Positions 1 to 9,986 of a stretch of DNA of 34,073 nucleotides are shown one piece after another. Origin of the DNA: a virus (Duplodnaviria > Caudoviricetes). The stretch spans positions 1 through 34,073 of IMG/VR virus record IMGVR_UViG_3300025801_000014; one strand, 5' to 3'. Position 1 is the stretch's first letter. Every line of letters begins with the position of its first letter. The translations under genes were made by a program, and so were the position numbers. The notes under the pieces were generated by a model. It saw only the letters and a list, made by a program, of their open reading frames with translations. It made no database searches and was not told where the DNA came from.

Positions 1-162
1 CCTCCCCTATTTTTGACCCCCACGCTGAGTCATGTTGATCGTGGCGACGTCACGGAGAGGGTTGCCGAGCGTCACGACGAGATGGTTACGCTCCGCGTGC
101 GGCATACCTCAGAGATCCTTGTCACGGAAAGTAACATATGGGTTGAGCCGGTCGGGTTGGAC

Positions 163-246
163 ATGCTGCCGATCGCGATCGTCGGAGGAGCACTGGTAGC
201 GGCCTCGGGTCTGTACGCGATCGTCGCTTCTGGGATATGGCTGTGA
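163..246 (+). CDS. Possible 27-aa hydrophobic peptide
   Basis: MLPIAIVGGALVAASGLYAIVASGIWL at the end of ORF 13..246 looks like a single TM helix; no clear RBS. Confidence 0.25.
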   Translation: MLPIAIVGGALVAASGLYAIVASGIWL

Positions 247-295
247 GTACAGGGACGCAGGAAACCAAGCACCAGGGAAAGGAGAGTGACCAGTC

Positions 296-619
296 GTGGC
301 CACGAGGCGAGCATCGTTGCTGACTGTCGCTCGGCGTGGCGATTCGACAGCTACCCTTAAGCGGCTACGTGACCAGCTGGCCGAGCAGCTAGACGCGCAG
401 TACGTCTCCCACGCGGAAGGTTGCCCGTGTAAGTGCGGCCGGCCAGCTGGTGATCCGCGACAGATCGCGACCCTGGTCAAGGCGCTGTCGGGCATCCTTG
501 GGCTGATCGACAAGAGGATGCCGGTGTCCCGGCCAGCTGTTGACGCGCCGATCGCTCCGGACCCGGTTGCGGTCGATGATGAGCTCAGGAGGCGACGGGA
601 TGCCCGGCGGTCGGGATGA
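296..619 (+). CDS. Terminase small subunit (putative)
   Basis: 107 aa, helical, directly upstream of terL; C-terminal DDELRRRRDARR is typical of actinophage small terminases; AGGAGAG upstream. Confidence 0.7.
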   Translation: MATRRASLLTVARRGDSTATLKRLRDQLAEQLDAQYVSHAEGCPCKCGRPAGDPRQIATLVKALSGILGLIDKRMPVSRPAVDAPIAPDPVAVDDELRRRRDARRSG

Positions 620-2285
620 GCCCAGGGTCCGGATCGTTCCGGCGGCGGTTGGCTCATCGGGGACGGAGGCGATCGAGCTTGCGGAGTCGACTGGGGTATT
701 GGTCTTGCAGCCGTATCAGCGTGCCCACCTGGTCGATGCCCTCGGTGAGCAGGTGTCGGCTGATGGGCAGCGTCGGTGGGCCGCTTTCGAAGTCGCGTTG
801 TGGGCTGTCCGACAGATGGGTAAGGGTGGTGTTCTTGAGGCCCGTGCGCTTGCGGGTGTGCACTTGTTCGGGGAGAAACGGATCGTCTGGACTGCGACCA
901 GGTTAAAGACCGTGACTGATGCCCAGGAACGGATGATGTTGTATTACGACTCGTCTGATGACCTTCGTAGGCAGGTCAAGAGGGTGTTGACCAGCCACGT
1001 CAACATGGCGATCGAGTTGTACGGCGAGAGCCGAGAGAAGCTGACGGGTCTTAGGAGAATCGAGTTCCACACGAGGACCAAGCATGCGGCTCGTGGTCTT
1101 GCTGGTGACTGCGTGTTTCTGGATGAGGCGTATGGGTTGACCCGTACGTTCTGTGGGGCACTCGTTCCGATCATGGGAACACGTAATGATCCACAGCTGT
1201 GGTACACGTCGTCGCCGCCTCTACCGGACTCGATAGATGAGATGCGGGTGGATCCGGAGACAGCCACCGGCCAGGTGATGTACGACCTACGGGCACGCGC
1301 CGAGGACCCTGATGTGCTGACCGATGATGAGCTCTGCTACCTGGATTGGGGTCCCGAGTGGTGGGTTGACGACGCCGAGCGGGTAGACGCAGACCGTAAG
1401 CGCGACGGGTTGCTACCGATCCGGAAGGACCCGGAACTGTGGCAGAGGCACAATCCGGCGATCGGCCGGCTCCAACGGATTGAGCAGGTAGCGAGGGAAG
1501 CTCGGGCGATGTCGCTACGCACGTTCACTTTAGAAAAGCTCGGCGCATGGCCCAAACCGCCGTACCGGACCAGGAAGTCAAAACCGATCCCGGACGCTGC
1601 GTGGGAGGCCTGTGCGGCGCCGGAAGCGCGTGGTAACGAGTCGCTGGCGCCGGTCGATGTCGCGATCGGGGCCGATGCTGCGCCGGGCCGGGCATGGGCC
1701 TCGATCACTGTCTACGGGGTTAGGTCGGACGGAGTCGGCCAGGCCGAAGTCGTTGACCGGCGCGCCGGAGTGACATGGGTGCCTGAGCGGCTCGCGGAAC
1801 TCCGCAAGTCACACAATCCGCTGGTCATCGTCGTTTCGTCACGTGGTCCTCTGGCATCCACGATCGACGCGATCAAGCAGGCCGGGATCCCGGACCCGGG
1901 CGATCGGCCGGCAGGGGAACAGCAGCCACGCCGTGGTGACCTGCTCGTCACGGGGTTACCGCAGGATGCTTCGGCAACTGCTCAGCTGATTGATGCCGTC
2001 AAGGTGACCGCGTCCCGGAGAGGAGTGGCGGTAGACGGGGTTGACGACGATTCCGAGGTCGAGGAGTTCGCGCATCTCGATGACCCCCGCTTGAACGCGG
2101 CGGTAGGCATCGCGGTCCTCCGGGACGTTGGAGACGGAGCTCAGTCCTGGGGACGGCGGTCCTCACCTGATGACATCAGTTCGTTGTTCGGCGCGAGTCT
2201 GGCCCGGTGGGGATGGCATCAGCGCCGGGCGCTGCTTGACGAGCATCCGCTGACAGCTGAGCAGATCGTTGGGTCGATCCGGTAG
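600..2285 (+). CDS. terL: Terminase large subunit
   Basis: Walker A-like VRQMGKG, Walker B VFLDEA, coupling motif YTSS, nuclease motifs IGADAAP and DDISSL; start placed at ATG 600 (AGGAGG at 588-593). Confidence 0.95.
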   Translation: MPGGRDEPRVRIVPAAVGSSGTEAIELAESTGVLVLQPYQRAHLVDALGEQVSADGQRRWAAFEVALWAVRQMGKGGVLEARALAGVHLFGEKRIVWTATRLKTVTDAQERMMLYYDSSDDLRRQVKRVLTSHVNMAIELYGESREKLTGLRRIEFHTRTKHAARGLAGDCVFLDEAYGLTRTFCGALVPIMGTRNDPQLWYTSSPPLPDSIDEMRVDPETATGQVMYDLRARAEDPDVLTDDELCYLDWGPEWWVDDAERVDADRKRDGLLPIRKDPELWQRHNPAIGRLQRIEQVAREARAMSLRTFTLEKLGAWPKPPYRTRKSKPIPDAAWEACAAPEARGNESLAPVDVAIGADAAPGRAWASITVYGVRSDGVGQAEVVDRRAGVTWVPERLAELRKSHNPLVIVVSSRGPLASTIDAIKQAGIPDPGDRPAGEQQPRRGDLLVTGLPQDASATAQLIDAVKVTASRRGVAVDGVDDDSEVEEFAHLDDPRLNAAVGIAVLRDVGDGAQSWGRRSSPDDISSLFGASLARWGWHQRRALLDEHPLTAEQIVGSIR

Positions 2286-2342
2286 AGGTGGGCAGGGTAC
2301 ACGTCCTCGACCCAGCGTAGAAGACCGCCGTACGCTGTCGTC

Positions 2343-2594
2343 ATGGATCCAAAGCGATTGGCTGGTAGCGGGGCGTATGTTGCTGGGCGGGTGGTTGCCG
2401 TGGTCCGGCAGTACGGTCCCGGAGTCTCCGGGCCGGTCGTGGTCGTGGCCGGCGTTGCCCAGTGGTCTAGGCCCGCAGCAACGATAGTTGCCGGGGTCGC
2501 GCTGTTGGCATACGACATCGCCCGGGGCATGCAGGAACGTGCAGCATCCCGGCCGGCCAGGGACGAAACGATGGTTGAGGGTGGTCCGCGGTGA
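2343..2594 (+). CDS. Small membrane protein between terL and portal
   Basis: Two hydrophobic segments; GTGA overlap with the portal start. Confidence 0.65.
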   Translation: MDPKRLAGSGAYVAGRVVAVVRQYGPGVSGPVVVVAGVAQWSRPAATIVAGVALLAYDIARGMQERAASRPARDETMVEGGPR

Positions 2595-3802
2595 GTTTCT
2601 GGGTCCGCAGTGCATCCCCTGGTGGTGAGCGGCGCCAGACAATCGCCGGACAGCTGTCGTTGTCTGAGTACCTGTCTGGTGGCAGCACGTATGACACGAT
2701 TAGCGTTTCGACGATCGGCGATGCGCTTCGGTCAATCGCTGTCGGGTCTGCCTCCGATCTATTCGCTTCGCTGTCCTCCGAGCTTCCGCTTGGTGTGTTC
2801 AGCGGTGTTGGAGCAGATCGGCGTCAACGGCAGGCCCCGGGATACCTTGATGACCCTGGTGGTGACCAGGTAGGTAGGGAGGACTGGGCTTATCGGATCA
2901 TGATGTCGTGGCTGATGCGCGGCAACATGATGGGTGACGTTCTTGATCGGCGTGGTGGTGTCCCGGTTCAGGTTGATGTCTGGCACCCGGACTCGTGCAT
3001 GCCGATGATTGACTACTCCAATGGTGGGGTTGTCTGGACCCACAACGGCCGGCCGGTGGACATGGAGACCTTCGTTCACCGGAGAGTCAACCCGCTACCA
3101 GAGACGGTCCTCGGGCAATCTGTGATCTCCCGGCACGCATCACAGATTGCCTTGCCGCTGATGGCACAGAGGTACGGGGTCCAGTGGTTCACGGAAGGAG
3201 CGCACCCGTCAGGGATCCTGAGCTCTGACGCGGTGGACGTATGGGCACTGACGGACGACCAGGTCAAGCAGATCAAGAACCGGTTCATGGCCGGGTTGCG
3301 GGGAAGCCGCGAACCGGCGCTGGTAGGTAAGCAGTGGTCTTTCAAGGCGCTGCAGGTTGTGCCGGAGGAGAGTCAGTTCTTGGAAACTCTCGGCGCGAGC
3401 GAGGCCCAGTGCTGCCGGATGTTCGGCCCTGGCGTGGCCGAGGTCCTTGGGTATCAATCAGGTGGCTCGCTGACCTACGCGAACGTTGAGTCTCGGATGA
3501 CACATCTGCTTGTCTTGTCGCTGGGTAAGTGGATCCGCCGGTTGGAGCGCATGTTCTCATGGATGCTGCCGGTCGGTCAGTACGTGATCCTTGACCGGGA
3601 TGCGTTGCTTGAGTCGACGACGCTTGCCAGGTTCCAAGCGCATGCGTCGGCGCTGCAGAACAGGTGGAAGGTTGTCAATGAGGTCCGTGCGATCGAGGGG
3701 CTTCCACCGGTGACGTGGGGAGACGAGCCGAACAGCGGCGGAGTACAGAGCGACCCGACGACGAACCCAGCCGGAAACGAAGCACCCGGAGGTACGAAGT
3801 GA
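2591..3802 (+). CDS. Portal protein (HK97 family)
   Basis: WLMRGN, WFTEGAHPSGIL, SQFLET, LTYANVE, NEVRAIEGLPP motifs; position after terL. Confidence 0.95.
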   Translation: MSFWVRSASPGGERRQTIAGQLSLSEYLSGGSTYDTISVSTIGDALRSIAVGSASDLFASLSSELPLGVFSGVGADRRQRQAPGYLDDPGGDQVGREDWAYRIMMSWLMRGNMMGDVLDRRGGVPVQVDVWHPDSCMPMIDYSNGGVVWTHNGRPVDMETFVHRRVNPLPETVLGQSVISRHASQIALPLMAQRYGVQWFTEGAHPSGILSSDAVDVWALTDDQVKQIKNRFMAGLRGSREPALVGKQWSFKALQVVPEESQFLETLGASEAQCCRMFGPGVAEVLGYQSGGSLTYANVESRMTHLLVLSLGKWIRRLERMFSWMLPVGQYVILDRDALLESTTLARFQAHASALQNRWKVVNEVRAIEGLPPVTWGDEPNSGGVQSDPTTNPAGNEAPGGTK

Positions 3803-4632
3803 ATACAGACAGTGCTGTTGTCCCGGCTGTGGAGATGCCGGAGCTTGTCGTGGTCCGGTCGCTACCGACCCGAGCAGGAACCGATGGTGAGACGGCAGAC
3901 GGAACGCTCGGCCGGATGGTGGTGAGATTCTCACGGTTCGACAACTGGTATGAGATCAATTCCTGGTGGGAGGGAAGGTTCCTGGAACGGACCTCTAGGG
4001 GTGCGTTCCGCAAGACCATGAAGGAGCGGGGACCGAAGGGAACCGGGCAGATCGTCTCACTGTTCGACCACGGATACGACTTCTATGTCGGAGACAAGCC
4101 GCTCGGTCGGGTTGACGTGCTCCGCGAAGACAGCGACTATGCGGTGCTCGAAGCGGACCTGTTTGACACGACCTACAACCGGGACTTGGCACCGGGCCTC
4201 CGCGAGGGTGTATATGGATCATCATTCATGTTCAACGTAGTAAAGGACGAATGGAACCACGACCCGGGCGCATCCGACAGCAACCCGGATGGGTTGCCCG
4301 AGCGGACGATCCGGGAGGTCCGGTTGTTCGAGGCGGGTCCGGTGACGTGGCCGGCCAACCCGGAGGCCACGAGTGAGCTCAACAGTTGCCGGTCGGACAC
4401 TGATCGGTTGTATGAGCGGATGGCGCACCGGGATCCGGCTTCCATTGACGCGCTCCGGAAGCGCATTATGGATCTACGCACCAGCACTGCGGGGCCGGCC
4501 GGCAAGGCCACCGGCGAGCAGGAGCGGGCCGCGTCGGGCAAGCCGAACGAGCCGGCCGGAGGCCGCTCGGAGGTAGCGGGACGCGCGGCGCGTGCCCGCA
4601 GGATCCGAGAGGCAAGCCTTGCATCTCGGTAG
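3799..4632 (+). CDS. Prohead maturation protease (HK97 family)
   Basis: FLERTSRGAF, LFDHG, GSSFMF, LFEAGPVTWPA motifs; GTG 3799 overlaps the portal stop, GGAGG upstream. Confidence 0.92.
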   Translation: MNTDSAVVPAVEMPELVVVRSLPTRAGTDGETADGTLGRMVVRFSRFDNWYEINSWWEGRFLERTSRGAFRKTMKERGPKGTGQIVSLFDHGYDFYVGDKPLGRVDVLREDSDYAVLEADLFDTTYNRDLAPGLREGVYGSSFMFNVVKDEWNHDPGASDSNPDGLPERTIREVRLFEAGPVTWPANPEATSELNSCRSDTDRLYERMAHRDPASIDALRKRIMDLRTSTAGPAGKATGEQERAASGKPNEPAGGRSEVAGRAARARRIREASLASR

Positions 4633-4647
4633 GCCAGGGAGTGACCA

Positions 4648-6204
4648 GTGACGATCGCCGAACTACGGGCCGCGCTCCGGGATGCGCGGGACCGGGCCGA
4701 AGCGGCCAGGGCCAGGAACGAAGAGATCGTTGCCAGCCTCCGCAATCTTGATGCGGAAGCCGGGGATGAACTCACTGAAGAGCAGCGAAACCAATGGGAC
4801 AAACTAGACGCAGACCAGCGTAGTGCGCAGACCGAACGCGACGAGGCAGACAAGGCCGAGGCCGAAGCGCGAAGCGCACTGGAGACCGCGGAGGTCGAGC
4901 AGGACTCGGCCGAGCGATCCCAACGAGTGAAGGACTCCCGTAAGAAGTGGCGATCGCTGCATCTCGGGAATCCGTCTGGGTCGGATCGTTTCACGCGGGC
5001 TCGTGAGCTTGTTCAGCGCGGAGTGCATCAGGGCTGGGACGGCCGTAACGTCGTCGGCGAATTGCTGCGCATGAACGATGGCCGGGTCGATCTGCTCCGG
5101 AGCGAAGACGAGAAGCACATCGAGAGGGTGCTTAGGCGACACCTGACCAGGCAGAGCGACTCTCCGGAATGGAACCAGGCAGCTACCCGCGCATGGGGGC
5201 ATCAGCTTCTGATGCGGAGCCTGCCCGAGTACACGTCTGCCTTCAACAAGATCGTCAGGTCTGGTCCGATGGCCGCAGTGACGCTCAACGCTGAAGAGCG
5301 TGCGGCAATCGCGGTCGGTACCTCTACCTCTGGTGGGTTCCTGGTCCCTCTGTACCTGGACCCGACGATCATGCTGTCGAGCGATGGATCGGCGAACGTG
5401 GTCCGCCAGATCGCTCGGGTAGTGACGCTGGACCCGGGGCAGGGCAACACTTGGAAGGGCATCGTCTCCGCTGGCATGACGGCATCGACGGATGCCGAGT
5501 ACGCGGAAATCTCCGATGACAGCCCGTCATTCTCGGAGCCGGAGGTTCCGCTCTTCACGAACCGAACATTCGCGAAGGCCACCTACCAGGCGGTAGAGGA
5601 CATCCCGGATCTTGCCGGTGAGCTCTTGATGCTGTTCGCGGACTCGCGGGACGTCCTCGAGGGCGACAAGCATTGCAACGGCGCCGGAACAACCGAGGCA
5701 ACCGGGATCGTGACCGCGCTTGATGCGAACACGAACGTCGAGGTTACGTCGACCACCGCGGCAACGATCGGTGTCGTCGACATCAACGGCCTGCTCAGGG
5801 CGGTCCCTCAACGCTTCCGACGTAACGCGCAATGGCTGATGAACGACGTATGGGCTGACGGAATTCAGCAGCTTGGGACGGCGGTTGGCTCGTCGTACAC
5901 CGGGACCCTGGCCGAGGCCTTGGCCCCGACGCTCAAGGGCAAGCCATGGCACACCAGCGACGACATGCCTGCGGACGTGACGACCACGGTCCGGGACAAT
6001 GAGGTCGTTGTCGGCGACTGGTCGAAGTTCGTGATCGTCGACCGGCCGGCCGGTATGGCGGTTGAGTTCATTCAGAACTTGACCTCGCAGACCACCGGCG
6101 GGATGCCGACCGGTGAACGGGGTTGGGTGTGCTGGTGGCGTAACGGCTCGGATTCGGTGCTTGACGTGGCGTTCCGGATGCTGCAGGACAAGACCTCTGC
6201 GTAA
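4648..6204 (+). CDS. Major capsid protein (HK97 fold) with N-terminal coiled-coil scaffold (delta) domain
   Basis: Acidic coiled-coil N-terminus, GGFLVP, AQWLMN, LKGKP, VVGDWSKF motifs. Confidence 0.95.
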   Translation: MTIAELRAALRDARDRAEAARARNEEIVASLRNLDAEAGDELTEEQRNQWDKLDADQRSAQTERDEADKAEAEARSALETAEVEQDSAERSQRVKDSRKKWRSLHLGNPSGSDRFTRARELVQRGVHQGWDGRNVVGELLRMNDGRVDLLRSEDEKHIERVLRRHLTRQSDSPEWNQAATRAWGHQLLMRSLPEYTSAFNKIVRSGPMAAVTLNAEERAAIAVGTSTSGGFLVPLYLDPTIMLSSDGSANVVRQIARVVTLDPGQGNTWKGIVSAGMTASTDAEYAEISDDSPSFSEPEVPLFTNRTFAKATYQAVEDIPDLAGELLMLFADSRDVLEGDKHCNGAGTTEATGIVTALDANTNVEVTSTTAATIGVVDINGLLRAVPQRFRRNAQWLMNDVWADGIQQLGTAVGSSYTGTLAEALAPTLKGKPWHTSDDMPADVTTTVRDNEVVVGDWSKFVIVDRPAGMAVEFIQNLTSQTTGGMPTGERGWVCWWRNGSDSVLDVAFRMLQDKTSA

Positions 6205-6228
6205 GGATCAAGGCGTACGCTGGCAATC

Positions 6229-6262
6229 GGGCCGGTCGGGTTCCCACGGGGCCGACCGGCCC
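6229..6262 (+). terminator. Stem-loop after capsid gene
   Basis: GGGCCGGTCGG (6229-6239) pairs with CCGACCGGCCC (6252-6262), followed by ATCTCGTTTC. Confidence 0.6.
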
Positions 6263-6291
6263 ATCTCGTTTCATGGGGTTAGGGAGAGGTC

Positions 6292-6537
6292 ATGAGCGAC
6301 AAGAAGTACTACCGGGTCTCCTATCCGGGACAGCACGCTGTGTACTTCAAGGCAACTGGACAGATGGAAGTACCGAACCCGGTGGTCTCGTACCCGGAGG
6401 ATCACTACATGGTGCAAGAAGCGGCGTGGCTGTTCGATCAGATCGGTCTTGCCGTTGACTCACCTAAGATCGATTCGGTCCAGATCGAGGACGCATCGGC
6501 CCGTCCGGGAACCCGGCGTGGTGGGAGGACCAAGTGA
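6292..6537 (+). CDS. Small head-associated hypothetical protein
   Basis: Strong RBS GGAGAGG; C-terminal EDASARPGTRR resembles the ATAxPGxxR tails of post-capsid actinophage genes. Confidence 0.75.
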   Translation: MSDKKYYRVSYPGQHAVYFKATGQMEVPNPVVSYPEDHYMVQEAAWLFDQIGLAVDSPKIDSVQIEDASARPGTRRGGRTK

Positions 6538-7937
6538 ACGATCAGACCAGCGGGGGAGTCGCGCTCGCCATAATCGACGGCGGCACCTGGTCATCGGTGT
6601 TCGGCCGATCTCTAACCAATCTGCAGCTTTGGGATATTGGGCACGAGGCCAGGATGATCCGCGAGGGTTGCGGGTATCTGCATGTTGAGGCCGGGGTCGG
6701 TGAGGTCGCGCACGGACGCAACAAGCTGATCGAACGGTTCCTGGCTGACACGAAAGCCGACTGGATGCTGACGATCGATACCGATATGGGGTTCGCTCCG
6801 GATCTCCTCGACAATCTCCTGCTTGTTGCCGACGAGGAGCAACGGCCGATGGTCGGCGCGTTGTGCTTCCGCCAGAAGTGGGACCCGAGCGTCCCTGCTG
6901 ATCTAGGGGCGAGGCGTTGGCGCATCGAACCGACACTCTTCAAGTACGGGAGGGTTGACTCGACCCAGGAGGAAGGCTTCGCGCCGATCCTGGACTACCC
7001 CCGGAACGAGCTTATCCAGGTGGACGCCACCGGGGCCGCGTGCCTACTCATCCACCGGGGGCTGCTTGAGCGAATCAAGAAAGAGATCGGACCGGTCTGG
7101 TTCGAGCCGTTGAAGCACCCGTCGGCCGCGCCGGAAGGCAAACCACGCTGGTTCAGCGAGGACCTCTCGTTCTGCGCCAGGGTTGCGGCGGTCGGTGATC
7201 AGATCCACGTAGACACCGGTGTGCAGACCACCCATCACCGCGATGGGTTGTTTCTGGACGAGGTGACCTATGACCAGGAACGGAACGCCCGGGAATCCAG
7301 AAGCCCCCGGCCGATGTCGGAGCAACCGAGCGAGGACGTCTTCCCTTTGCATCCCGAATCGCGCTGGACCGCCCGCAGACCAGAATGCCCGCACCCTGAG
7401 CTGTGGCACTCTCCCGATGCCCAGTCGACCGAGATTGAGGTCACGGAGCTTGTCGCGAGATTCGTCCGGGCACTTCAGCCAAGTCTCGTCGTCGAGACGG
7501 GTGCGTGCATCGGGCAGACATCAAACGCGATCGGCCGGGCGTTGGTCGCCAACGGGCATGGTCGGTTGCTGTCGCTGGAACCGGTTAGTCAGCTATGGCA
7601 GATCGCGTCAGGTCGATGCTCCGGTCTCCCTGTTGACATCGTGCAGTCTGAGAGCCTGCCGTATCTGACGGTCCCGGTAGAGCGTAGGGGAGAGATGTCC
7701 ATCGGGACTGTGGGGTTCGCGTGGCTGGACTCCTTGACTGAGCTTCGGATCCCGGAGTTGGTCGCGTTGCGTGACTTCGGGTGGTTGGCTCCGGGCGCGA
7801 TCATCGGCGTCCATGACACTGGGCCGCAACACAACCCGCTCGGAGATCAGCTTCGGGCGTTGCCGTGGATCCGGTACCTGGATCTCCTCACCCCGCGGGG
7901 AGTCGTCTTCCTGCAAGTAGAAGATGACGATGAGTAG
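6534..7937 (+). CDS. GT-A (GT2-like) glycosyltransferase fused to class I SAM-dependent methyltransferase
   Basis: N-half: GRN, WMLTIDTD (DxD), TGAACLLIHR, SEDLSFC; C-half: VVETGACIG, SLEP, WLDS, APGAIIGVHDT. Confidence 0.85.
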   Translation: MNDQTSGGVALAIIDGGTWSSVFGRSLTNLQLWDIGHEARMIREGCGYLHVEAGVGEVAHGRNKLIERFLADTKADWMLTIDTDMGFAPDLLDNLLLVADEEQRPMVGALCFRQKWDPSVPADLGARRWRIEPTLFKYGRVDSTQEEGFAPILDYPRNELIQVDATGAACLLIHRGLLERIKKEIGPVWFEPLKHPSAAPEGKPRWFSEDLSFCARVAAVGDQIHVDTGVQTTHHRDGLFLDEVTYDQERNARESRSPRPMSEQPSEDVFPLHPESRWTARRPECPHPELWHSPDAQSTEIEVTELVARFVRALQPSLVVETGACIGQTSNAIGRALVANGHGRLLSLEPVSQLWQIASGRCSGLPVDIVQSESLPYLTVPVERRGEMSIGTVGFAWLDSLTELRIPELVALRDFGWLAPGAIIGVHDTGPQHNPLGDQLRALPWIRYLDLLTPRGVVFLQVEDDDE

Positions 7938-8802
7938 CGTCACTGTTCAGGCTGGCACTGATGCCGCGCTGATATGGGCTATGGATGCCGATCTGGATGC
8001 CGGCACCGCGAGCCTGACCATCACGGACTCAGACAGTGCCGTGGTCGTCGGGCCGACCGCGGTCGGGATAGGTGCCGGAGGATCCGGCCGGTACACCTAC
8101 GTGTGGTCAACCAGCACGTCTCTCGCGGACGGGATATACACAGCGACCCTGTCCGGGGAGATCGCTGCCGAGGCTGTGACCGAGGCAGTCACGGTATACG
8201 TGACCTCGACCCTGGTCTACGAGACCTTGGCCAATGTCAAAGATGAGCTTGACCTGACCGGCACCGAGCATGATCGTAAGCTGCTACGGGCATTGGTCGG
8301 TGCGTCCCGTGCCGTCGAGACAGCGTGCGGTGGACGTGTGTTCAGCCGCGACCTGGTAGCGACAGAGCGAATGTACGAGACGTCTCAGCGGGTGTACCGG
8401 CGTAGGGCTGGTGGGACTGTCCGGTCGTGGCTGCTTGTCGACGACATCTCAACGAGCGAAGCTCTGACCATCACGGTCGATGGTGTTGAGTTGACGGGCA
8501 CCGTGTTGACGGCCCCGGACAACGCGATTGCGCGGGGCCACGCGATCGAGGCGATAGCGATCGATGGTGGGTCTTGGGATGCCTACCGGCGGGTCGGCGT
8601 GACCACACAGTGGGGATGGCCGGTCAGGTACCCGGATGGTGTCGTGACCGCTACCAGGCTGCAGTCGTTGCGGCTGTTCGATCGGCGGTTGTCGCCGTCC
8701 GGGGTCAAGGGTTCCGCGGATTGGGGTATCGCGCAGATCCCTCGCCTTGATCCGGATCTTGTTCCGCTGGTCGCTAACTTCGTCAAGTACTCGGGGGGAT
8801 GA
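7930..8802 (+). CDS. Head-to-tail adaptor with N-terminal Ig-like/beta-rich extension
   Basis: YETLANVKDEL...ASRAVETACG...TTQWGWP...RLDPDL adaptor pattern; first ~95 aa are Ser/Thr-rich beta sequence; start 7924 or 7930. Confidence 0.8.
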   Translation: MSSVTVQAGTDAALIWAMDADLDAGTASLTITDSDSAVVVGPTAVGIGAGGSGRYTYVWSTSTSLADGIYTATLSGEIAAEAVTEAVTVYVTSTLVYETLANVKDELDLTGTEHDRKLLRALVGASRAVETACGGRVFSRDLVATERMYETSQRVYRRRAGGTVRSWLLVDDISTSEALTITVDGVELTGTVLTAPDNAIARGHAIEAIAIDGGSWDAYRRVGVTTQWGWPVRYPDGVVTATRLQSLRLFDRRLSPSGVKGSADWGIAQIPRLDPDLVPLVANFVKYSGG

Positions 8803-8805
8803 CAC

Positions 8806-9225
8806 GTGCAGATCAGCGACGTGAAGACGGCGATCGCGGTAGGGGTTGCCTCCCGAGTCACGGGGTTGGAGTGCCGGAGTTACCTCCCTGACCTGGTAGT
8901 TCCCCCGTGCTTCTGTGTTGCTGGGGTTGTGATCCAGCCGAGGATCACCTTCCGTGGTCGGCAAAAGGCAGTGATCGAGACCTACGTGTTCGTGTCGGAT
9001 AGCGACCCGATGGCCGGACAGCAGGCTCTCGACGCGTACCTTGCTGAGTCCGGATCCGGGTCCGTGCTGGCCGCGCTGTACGACATGCGGGCGGTGCCGG
9101 GCACGTTGCCGCTTGATGGAGCCGCGAACACCCTCGTTGTGTCAGCAATCAACGGATACCGTAAGTACCCGTTCGGTAGCTCTGACCCTTACGGTGCAAT
9201 GATCGAGATCGAGGTGACGGGATGA
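8806..9225 (+). CDS. Tail terminator / neck protein
   Basis: 139 aa, position between adaptor and tail tube, PDLVVPP and GQQALDAYL motifs. Confidence 0.65.
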   Translation: MQISDVKTAIAVGVASRVTGLECRSYLPDLVVPPCFCVAGVVIQPRITFRGRQKAVIETYVFVSDSDPMAGQQALDAYLAESGSGSVLAALYDMRAVPGTLPLDGAANTLVVSAINGYRKYPFGSSDPYGAMIEIEVTG

Positions 9226-9971
9226 GCACAGGCAACACCGAGACGCTGATTGACACGAGGCTATTCGTCCTTGGGTGTGATCTGTCGGGGCAGTCCAACG
9301 AGGTCTCCATGGCAGCTGACCGGGAGGTGCTCGACAAGACCTCGTTCCGAAGCGCCGGGTGGAAGGAGGTCCGCGGTGGCCTCCCGAAGGCTGCGATCAC
9401 CGCATCTGGGCTGGTCGAGATGGGAAGCTCCGGGACCGTCGAGTACGACGCATGGGCGAGGCTCGGCGAGGTAGATCCCTGGACCATCGGCCCGGACGAG
9501 GCGACAGAGGGCAACCTGGCGTACCTAACGAAGGTCTTCCGCGGAAGCTACAAGACCCTGGGTAAGGTCGGTGCGCTGGACCCCTGGGAGATCGAGTGCA
9601 TGTCGTCATGGCCGGTGGCACGCGGCATGTTCCTGGTTGGCTCTGGGGCGGCCCTGGCTTCCGATGGTGTCGGGTCGGCGTTTGAGCTCGGCGCACTCGC
9701 GGCCGGCCAGCGGCTGTACGCGACCCTTCACGTCCTCAGCGTTGCTGGGGCTGCCCCGACGCTTGACGTCACGATCACTTCAGATTCGGTTGAGGACTTC
9801 ACCGGATCACCGGAGACTCGGATCACGTTCGCTCAAGAGTCCGTGGTGGGCGGCGAGGCCCTTCGGTCCGCTGCCGGCGTCCACGCTGACACCTGGTATC
9901 GAGCAGAGTGGGATCTGTCGGCCGTTGGTGATGAGAGCTTCCTGGCTGTAGTCGCAGCTGGGATCTACTAA
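9222..9971 (+). CDS. Tail-tube-like protein with extra C-terminal beta domain
   Basis: N-terminal ~135 aa align by eye with the next gene (DKTSFRSAGWKEVRGG vs DKTTFASGGWKEVRGG). Confidence 0.7.
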   Translation: MSTGNTETLIDTRLFVLGCDLSGQSNEVSMAADREVLDKTSFRSAGWKEVRGGLPKAAITASGLVEMGSSGTVEYDAWARLGEVDPWTIGPDEATEGNLAYLTKVFRGSYKTLGKVGALDPWEIECMSSWPVARGMFLVGSGAALASDGVGSAFELGALAAGQRLYATLHVLSVAGAAPTLDVTITSDSVEDFTGSPETRITFAQESVVGGEALRSAAGVHADTWYRAEWDLSAVGDESFLAVVAAGIY

Positions 9972-9986
9972 CAGGAGGACCGCGCG

